Positions 1-5,451 of a stretch of DNA of 10,611 bases are shown one piece after another. The notes beneath the pieces are model-generated. The model made no database searches and had not been told where the DNA came from. It saw nothing but the letters and a program-made list of their open reading frames with translations. How positions within the stretch are numbered: the first letter of the stretch is position 1; the number at the start of each line of letters is the position of its first letter. Location of the stretch: positions 1 to 10,611 of the forward strand of contig JBGGMM010000186.1 in assembly GCA_041288045.1 (NCBI GenBank), given 5' to 3'. A program made the translations under genes and the position numbers. The stretch is from Pseudobdellovibrionaceae bacterium. GTDB lineage: Bacteria; Bdellovibrionota; Bdellovibrionia; Bdellovibrionales; Bdellovibrionaceae.

Positions 1-375
1 GAGCAGCTCAAGCTGGCGATTTATCGTCTCAATCGTTTGGGCTATTTGGAAATCAAAAATAAAAAATGGATTTTAAAGTCGCCCTCTTTGACTTGGACAA
101 ACAACACGCAAACTTCCGAGGCGCGAAAACTTTTGCAGAAGCAAAATTCTTTGATGAGCCATCTGGCCATTGACGAAATTGATTTTAACAAACGGGATCA
201 TTCATCTCTTTCGGTGGCCATTCATCCAGATCTGATTCCAGAGCTCAAACAACGAATCACTCGATTTCGTCGAGCCCTCGATCGCTTTGTCACTCAGCAC
301 TCAGCTCAACCCGAAGAAGTTTATCATTTCACTTTTTCATTTTATCCGGTTTCTCACCCAGCTCCGCGGAAATAA
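1..375 (+). CDS. TIGR02147/DUF4423-like protein, C-terminal part (5' truncated by window edge)
   Basis: Frame 1 is open from base 1 (EQLKLAIYRLNRLGYLEIK...) to TAA at 373-375, so the TTG at 37 is probably not the real start. A winged-helix-like 'AIYRLNRLGYL' followed by 'RDHSSLSVAI...ELKQRITRFRR...EEVYHFTFSFYPV' matches my recollection of the DUF4423 C-terminus, a family expanded in Bdellovibrionota. No HMM was run. Confidence 0.75.
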   Translation, partial: EQLKLAIYRLNRLGYLEIKNKKWILKSPSLTWTNNTQTSEARKLLQKQNSLMSHLAIDEIDFNKRDHSSLSVAIHPDLIPELKQRITRFRRALDRFVTQHSAQPEEVYHFTFSFYPVSHPAPRK

Positions 376-1087
376 AGCGCGCCTGCATGGCCTGGTAGGC
401 TTTTTCCTGCAGGTCCCCTCTTTGATCAATGGAATAGCCGCTGGACGAAATGGCTGGCAAATATTCGACAAAAACTTTGCGGCTCCATCGATCCCAATTG
501 GGCAAATATTTTCCCTTGCCCATAACCGCATGAGCTCCGCGAATCACAACCGGCACAACTGGCATCCCCGCGTTGATGGCAAAAACAAAAGGACCCGCCT
601 TAAAGGGCAAGAGGCTCTCGCGATGGTTTCTTTTGCCCTCTGGAGAAAGAGCGAATTTCTCGCCTCGCTTGGCTCTTTCTTGTGCTTCTTGATAAACCCG
701 AAAGACTTCTTCTTTTTTGGATCTAGCAATTGGCAAAATACCAAAGACCCGCATCGCTTTGCCGAAGATCGGAATTTTAAAAAGCTCGATTTTAGCCCCG
801 AAACGAAAATGGCGGTAGGCCGCCAACATTGCGAAAATATCAAAAAAACTGGCGTGGTTAAAAACAAAAAGACCAGCGCCTTCCGGGATATTTTCAAGCC
901 CTTTGACCTCGAGGCGGACGCCAAAAACCTGAAGGCCCAATTTCCCCCAGGCACCCATGATCCAAGATTCGAAATCTCGATTTTGCACAAACCAGGACTC
1001 TAAAATTGCAAGTCCGCTCCATAGGAACGTAAAGACAAGAAAAAAGGCAGAAGCCAAAAGCGATCTCAAAAAACTAAAAACAATCAC
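329..1087 (-). CDS. plsC: 1-acyl-sn-glycerol-3-phosphate acyltransferase (lysophospholipid acyltransferase family)
   Basis: Hydrophobic N-terminal helix; catalytic HX4D motif NHASFFD; AKIELFKIPIFG block; PEGKR motif; LLPFKAGPF and PVVPVVIRG blocks. The GTG start overlaps the TGA stop of the upstream gene (GTGA, 1084-1087). Confidence 0.9.
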   Translation of the reverse strand: MIVFSFLRSLLASAFFLVFTFLWSGLAILESWFVQNRDFESWIMGAWGKLGLQVFGVRLEVKGLENIPEGAGLFVFNHASFFDIFAMLAAYRHFRFGAKIELFKIPIFGKAMRVFGILPIARSKKEEVFRVYQEAQERAKRGEKFALSPEGKRNHRESLLPFKAGPFVFAINAGMPVVPVVIRGAHAVMGKGKYLPNWDRWSRKVFVEYLPAISSSGYSIDQRGDLQEKAYQAMQARFISAELGEKPDKMKK

Positions 1088-2187
1088 GAAGGCTCCGGAA
1101 AAAGACGTTTTCGAGCGGCTTGTCGCTGCCGCTCCTTATAGGCTTGATGATCGGAGGGGCCTGAAAGAATTTTCGAATGGGCTTCCTGATCAACGATTTG
1201 CACTTCAAAGGGATAGAAAAAAGAGAATTCGGATTTCTGTCCGTCCACTGCAATCCGAATCAGCTTTCGGGAAATAAATTTGATGAATTTGTAATCCTGA
1301 CCTGAAAAGGCATTTTCTTTGCGAAAGAATTCGGCTTCATCTTTGTTTCTTTCCAGGTAGCGAGCAAAAAAGCCCTGTACTTCCGAATCACTGAGAGCTT
1401 TCTCTTTGTTTTCAAGCTCAGAGCAAGCCCGAATAAACAGGTCCACTGGGAAAAGGTTGTTCGAGGACTGATCCGGCATAATATGCGGAAAGCTGATCAA
1501 GTTTTCATCCACCAGAAATCTCACCACTCGGAAAGTGTCCATCATCGAATGAGTGATAAATCGCACTCCCAATTTATCAAACACGCTCATAGCCAACGCC
1601 TGGGGCTTTGCTAAAAGCTTAATCACTGTGCTCGTCGATGTTTTGAATGGCTTTGACTCAAATCCCAAAAGGGAAATGGGCTCACTGTTCGGATTTGCCG
1701 AATCTTCAGTGGCTTTCAAAAAGGTTTTGCCGCTCGTGCCGTCGTGATAAATGCAATTTTGAAAGGGTGAGAGAATCTGCTTTTGGATTTCCTCACTGAA
1801 AGAAGAAAAGAGATCATTTTCAGCATGCACGAAAACATGGATGCAGCGAAGGAGGGCGCAGGACCATTTCTGCAGATTTTGATCTTGCATGGAGCTTGCG
1901 AATAACAGAAGCTTGCGCGGGTCTTCCAAAAGTTTTCTTTCACGTAAAACCTCTGGGATCTCCTCAAGCGCAAATCCCAGCTTTTCTTGCATCAGCACCA
2001 AAGCTCGGCGATGGAAATACCAAATGCGTTCCAGGCTTTCCGGCTGCGATCCATCAAAGCCATAGCCTTTCAAAAAAGCGTCCACTTCTTTGAGGGATTT
2101 GAAATTCAATGCCGGCATATCGATGGCCGAACGACCACCAACTACCGAATGCAAAATAGATGGGTCAAAATGAAAATCCTGAGACAT
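1084..2187 (-). CDS. Uncharacterised TIGR04552/TIGR04562-like protein with RelA/SpoT-type nucleotidyltransferase motifs
   Basis: 367-aa ORF with motifs KTSTSTVIK, FDKLGVRF, DYKFIKF, FEVQIVD and HQAYK, in the order of the RSH synthetase motifs. The family name is recalled rather than searched. Confidence 0.7.
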   Translation of the reverse strand: MSQDFHFDPSILHSVVGGRSAIDMPALNFKSLKEVDAFLKGYGFDGSQPESLERIWYFHRRALVLMQEKLGFALEEIPEVLRERKLLEDPRKLLLFASSMQDQNLQKWSCALLRCIHVFVHAENDLFSSFSEEIQKQILSPFQNCIYHDGTSGKTFLKATEDSANPNSEPISLLGFESKPFKTSTSTVIKLLAKPQALAMSVFDKLGVRFITHSMMDTFRVVRFLVDENLISFPHIMPDQSSNNLFPVDLFIRACSELENKEKALSDSEVQGFFARYLERNKDEAEFFRKENAFSGQDYKFIKFISRKLIRIAVDGQKSEFSFFYPFEVQIVDQEAHSKILSGPSDHQAYKERQRQAARKRLFPEPS

Positions 2188-2231
2188 CAGGGACTATCAT
2201 GCCCCTGATTTTTCACGAAGGAAAGAGCAAA

Positions 2232-2849
2232 CTATTGACACAGAAAGAAGGCACAAGTAGCGATTTGGAAAGTCCCCAAAGTTCCACTTTTTTTGTTGTT
2301 GTATGTCTTTTCTCTGTTTTCAAAATCAACGCGACCACTGAAAGTGGTGTAATTGTATGTCCCAGTGATTCGGATGATGCCGTATTCATCTTGAAAAGTC
2401 AGATTCACATTGCCATTAATCGCTGTGCCAGTGGCATTGGCAATACGAATGTCAATTGGCGGAATTGTTGAACTCACCAAGGAATCTCGAATGATCAACT
2501 GAATCTGAGAATCATTCAGAGCGGATCCATTGGTTGGATGCACACTGACCCGTCCGCGAATTTCGACTCCAGTTCGAGGATCAACAGTTCCAACATCCGC
2601 AGGATCCATTGTCGGAGCCAAAAATATTTTCACCATTTCATCAAAATTAGCCGTATTTTGTGCGACCACTTGGGTCCCAGTGCCATTCAATTGAGACTGA
2701 CCCGTTGGCAGATTCGAAGCACCGCTTCCGCCAACTCGCGCTTCGCGGCCATTCACCGAAACACTGTCATCGCTCTTATTTTTTCCGCAAGCGACAGTGA
2801 GCACCAGGCCCAGAGCCAATAAAGTGATGTGAAGACGAGAAAGTTTCAT
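2232..2849 (-). CDS. Hypothetical lipoprotein, beta-rich (205 aa)
   Basis: I prefer the ATG at 2849 (MKLSRL...) over 2885 because AAGGAG lies 6 nt upstream (2856-2861). The signal peptide has a basic N-region, hydrophobic core and lipobox-like TVA-C, followed by a low-complexity G/S/N linker. Confidence 0.8.
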   Translation of the reverse strand: MKLSRLHITLLALGLVLTVACGKNKSDDSVSVNGREARVGGSGASNLPTGQSQLNGTGTQVVAQNTANFDEMVKIFLAPTMDPADVGTVDPRTGVEIRGRVSVHPTNGSALNDSQIQLIIRDSLVSSTIPPIDIRIANATGTAINGNVNLTFQDEYGIIRITGTYNYTTFSGRVDFENREKTYNNKKSGTLGTFQIATCAFFLCQ

Positions 2850-2880
2850 AGGACACTCCTTGATTACCTCAATAGATATC

Positions 2881-2896
2881 ATCAAGGCCTGCGCCA
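2881..2896 (-). promoter_or_regulatory. Candidate sigma54 (-24/-12) promoter for the lipoprotein gene
   Basis: The minus strand reads TGGCGC-AGGCC-TTGAT against consensus TGGCAC-N5-TTGC(A/T). Spacing is exact and it lies about 30 nt upstream of the ATG at 2849, but the -12 has GA instead of GC. Confidence 0.45.
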
Positions 2897-3030
2897 GCCA
2901 TTTGTCCTTTAAATGGATTTCAATTCAAAAAAACCGCAAATGCCAAATAAGCGCCGAAGGATGTTCTGCAGCTGCCTAGGCTATTGACAGTTCACGCGTG
3001 GGTTCGCGCACATCTGCCTTTTTTTTAAGG

Positions 3031-3095
3031 TTTTCTGGAAACTCGCCAAAGGCGAGCTCCGAAGGGGTGAGGTGGATGGCCGAATTTCCAGAAAA
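3031..3095. repeat. Inverted-repeat element folding into a four-way junction (REP-like element or ncRNA domain)
   Basis: A perfect 11-bp IR, TTTTCTGGAAA (3031-3041) / TTTCCAGAAAA (3085-3095), encloses three hairpins: CTCGCC-AAA-GGCGAG, CTCC-GAA-GGGG and GGT-GGATG-GCC. Confidence 0.7.
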
Positions 3096-3176
3096 GACGG
3101 ACATGGACGTTCACGATCAGGCGTAGACCTCATCTTCGCACATCACCCAAGCTAATGACTTCGCGGCTTCCCCTCA

Positions 3177-3225
3177 TCCATGATGTTGTCCGTTGGTATG
3201 GTGTGCCGACGGTCAACATCGTGGA
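3177..3225 (+). other. Long imperfect hairpin (23-position stem)
   Basis: 3177-3199 pairs with 3203-3225. On the + strand this gives 18 Watson-Crick pairs, 4 G-U pairs and 1 U-U mismatch, with a 3-nt loop. Confidence 0.75.
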
Positions 3226-3242
3226 CGGATAGAGTGAATCAT

Positions 3243-3269
3243 GCTGCAGCGTTTTCTGAACGCTGCAGC
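3243..3269. terminator. 11-bp perfect hairpin downstream of fadJ; possible terminator or 3' stabiliser
   Basis: GCTGCAGCGTT-ttctg-AACGCTGCAGC lies about 26 nt after the fadJ stop. There is no U-tract on either side, so it is not a canonical intrinsic terminator. Confidence 0.4.
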
Positions 3270-3295
3270 CGAGACGTCTCAATTTGAGACATTCT

Positions 3296-5446
3296 TTAGT
3301 TATAAAACTTTCTTTGAGTTTTTGCCATGTTTCGAAGTGGAGTGCTGGGTTTCAATCTGGAAGCACCTTTTGAAGAGTAGACCTCGAGCTGATCGACGAT
3401 ATACTGCGAGCCCACGGAGTCTGCGTATTTGAGAAGTCCGCCGCGGAATGGAGGGAAACCAGTTCCCATGATCATTGCCAGATCCACTTCGTGAGCAGAT
3501 TGCACAATTTGATCTTCTAAAAGCGCCAGGGAACATTCGTTCACCATGGCAAAAATTCCGCGCTCAATGCACTCTTTCAAAGCCAGTGGATCCGTTGGCG
3601 TGGAAAGTCCGAGATCGGCGTACACTGTGGAGTCGACCTCTTGGCGTTTGCCTCTTTCGTCGTATTTGTAAAAGCCCTTTGAATTTTTCTTTCCCATACG
3701 GCCACTTTTTTCAAGCTTTTCCATGCAGGGAGCGATCTCAACCCGAGAGCCGAAAGCTTTTTTGAATATTTTTAAAACTTTCAAGCAAACATCCAATCCC
3801 ACTTCATCCATCAAGGCAAATGGCCCCATGGGCATGCCGAAGTCTTTCACGTAGGCCTGATCGACTTTTTCAATGCTCATCCCTTCTTGCAAGAGGAAAG
3901 CGGCTTCTGCCATGTACGGAAGAAGCAATCGGTTGACGAGAAAGCCTGGGCCGTCTTTGACGACGACAGGCATTTTTCCCAAGCGCTTCGAAAGCTCAAA
4001 AATTGTTGCGATGGTTTCATCGCTGGTTTTTTCGCCGCGGATGACTTCGACCAAGGGCATTTTATCCACTGGATTGAAAAAGTGCATCCCAGCAAAATAT
4101 TCGGGTTTGGGATGTCCTTGCGCCATTTCAGTGACACTCAGAGAAGAAGTGTTGGTGGCGATGATCGCATCCGGACGCATGTTTTTCGCCGTCTCAGCGA
4201 TCACTTTCTTTTTGATTTCCATATCCTCAACGATGGCTTCGACCACCACATCAAGAATTTTAAACCCGCTGTAATCCACAGTTCCAGTGATGCGATCCAT
4301 TTTCTGCTGAAATTCGTATTTGTTGATTCGCTTTTTCTTGAGCGACTTTCCCCACAGATCACTGGCGTGCTTCAGCCCCTTTCCAATCGCATCAAAGTTG
4401 ATGTCCTTCATGCGAGCTTCCAACCCTTTATCGGCAGCGATGAAAGCAATGCCTCCACCCATGGTCCCTGCTCCCAAAATTCCAATCGAGTGAACGTCAT
4501 TCGCTTTCACTTCACGGCCCGTCACACCCGTTTGCTTTTTCACCATTTCAGTCAAGTAGTAAACGTGAATCAGATTTCTAGAAACATCGGTTGCTGCTGC
4601 TTCAATGAAAGCTTCTCTTTCGATTTGCAGAGCTCGGTTGCGATCGCTCATTCCATAAGTGCGGCTGATGACTTGGATGGCTTTGAGCGGAGCGGGGTAA
4701 TGACCGTGAGTGAGCTGAAGCACTCCTTTTTTAGCTTGTGAATAAACCACCTGTCGACCGACGATGCTTTCTAAGAATTTCGGCATCAAGCCTTGGGGCT
4801 CAAAGATTTTTTTTCTTTTTTTGCTGCCCTTTTGAATCAGCTCTTGGGCCATTTTCAGAGCCTGCTCTTGTAAAATAGTTGGGTAAACAACCTGATCGAT
4901 CAGTCCCATTTTTTCAGCTTTTTTGGCAGGCACCAGCTTACCAGCAAGAATGATATCAAAGGCATTGGCAAGTCCAATCATTCTTGGCATTCGAACGCAT
5001 CCGCCAAAACCCGGAATGATTCCAAGCTTGGTTTCAGGAAGTCCGATCTTGGTCGAATTGTCATCAGTGGCCATGCGGTAATCACAGGCCATGATAAATT
5101 CACATCCCCCACCCGCACAAGCTCCGTGAACGGCAGCAATTGTCGGAATCGGAAGATCTTCAAGCTCATTGAAAATCTCTTGGCCAGCGAGCACTGCTTT
5201 TTCAAACTGCTCTTTGCTGTTCATCGATTTGATTTCATCAATGTCCGCCCCGGCAATGAAAATTTTTGGCTTGTTGGATTTAAAAATCGCCGCTTTAAAA
5301 GTGGATTTGCGGAGCTCGCCAATCACTTCGCGCAGTCTTGTCATCATCGGTGTGTTGAGCTTATTGACTTTCTCACCAACCATATCAAATTCGACGACGG
5401 CGATGTCTCCATGAGGGATGATTCGAATCGATTCTTGAATGCTCAT
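3296..5446 (-). CDS. fadJ: Fatty-acid oxidation complex alpha subunit (enoyl-CoA hydratase / 3-hydroxyacyl-CoA dehydrogenase), FadJ-type
   Basis: N-terminal crotonase domain (FIAGADI, GGGCE, PETKLGIIPGFGG); Rossmann motif GILGAGTMGGGIA; ATNTSSL; catalytic GMHFFNPVDKMPLVE; PGFLVNRLL; MPMGPF; GTGFPPFRGG. Confidence 0.93.
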   Translation of the reverse strand: MSIQESIRIIPHGDIAVVEFDMVGEKVNKLNTPMMTRLREVIGELRKSTFKAAIFKSNKPKIFIAGADIDEIKSMNSKEQFEKAVLAGQEIFNELEDLPIPTIAAVHGACAGGGCEFIMACDYRMATDDNSTKIGLPETKLGIIPGFGGCVRMPRMIGLANAFDIILAGKLVPAKKAEKMGLIDQVVYPTILQEQALKMAQELIQKGSKKRKKIFEPQGLMPKFLESIVGRQVVYSQAKKGVLQLTHGHYPAPLKAIQVISRTYGMSDRNRALQIEREAFIEAAATDVSRNLIHVYYLTEMVKKQTGVTGREVKANDVHSIGILGAGTMGGGIAFIAADKGLEARMKDINFDAIGKGLKHASDLWGKSLKKKRINKYEFQQKMDRITGTVDYSGFKILDVVVEAIVEDMEIKKKVIAETAKNMRPDAIIATNTSSLSVTEMAQGHPKPEYFAGMHFFNPVDKMPLVEVIRGEKTSDETIATIFELSKRLGKMPVVVKDGPGFLVNRLLLPYMAEAAFLLQEGMSIEKVDQAYVKDFGMPMGPFALMDEVGLDVCLKVLKIFKKAFGSRVEIAPCMEKLEKSGRMGKKNSKGFYKYDERGKRQEVDSTVYADLGLSTPTDPLALKECIERGIFAMVNECSLALLEDQIVQSAHEVDLAMIMGTGFPPFRGGLLKYADSVGSQYIVDQLEVYSSKGASRLKPSTPLRNMAKTQRKFYN

Positions 5447-5451
5447 GTTTT

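Noticed and set aside
287..1003. 238-aa + strand ORF
   Set aside because: Antisense shadow of plsC with no recognisable motifs; plsC has clear catalytic motifs.
2984..2989. Perfect TTGACA -35 hexamer on the + strand
   Set aside because: No acceptable -10 at 16-18 nt spacing (CGCACA at 17), so it is not called as a promoter.
2996..3014. tRNA-like GGTTCG
   Set aside because: No TTCRANYC T-loop, no cloverleaf or acceptor stem, and no CCA.
3076..3126. 16-aa ORF MAEFPEKTDMDVHDQA preceded by a G-rich SD-like run
   Set aside because: The start and SD are inside the four-way junction, and the G-run is explained by base pairing. There is no coding evidence without ribosome profiling or conservation.
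2940..3270. Known RNA families: c-di-GMP-I riboswitch (as in Bdellovibrio merRNA), fluoride riboswitch (GCTAATGAC at 3151-3159), glnA/Downstream-peptide (CGTTCA at 3108), hammerhead or twister, SRP, RNase P, tmRNA, 6S
   Set aside because: Only short fragments match. The required partner motifs (e.g. GCAAAC..GAAA..GACGCAAAG, the fluoride pseudoknot arm, GGAACG, CTGANGA, GAGGAAAGTCC) were not found by eye on either strand. An Rfam scan is still needed.
2886..3295. CRISPR array or IS remnant
   Set aside because: No regularly spaced direct repeats, no cas or transposase fragment, and no clear target-site duplication around the 11-bp IR.
3241..3432. 63-aa + strand ORF
   Set aside because: It starts within the hairpin and palindrome cluster and runs antisense into fadJ, with no supporting features.
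3887..4741. 284-aa + strand ORF (also 6019-6813 and other short track ORFs inside fadIJ, maeB and hflX)
   Set aside because: These lie antisense or out of frame within well-supported conserved genes, and their composition is typical of shadow ORFs.
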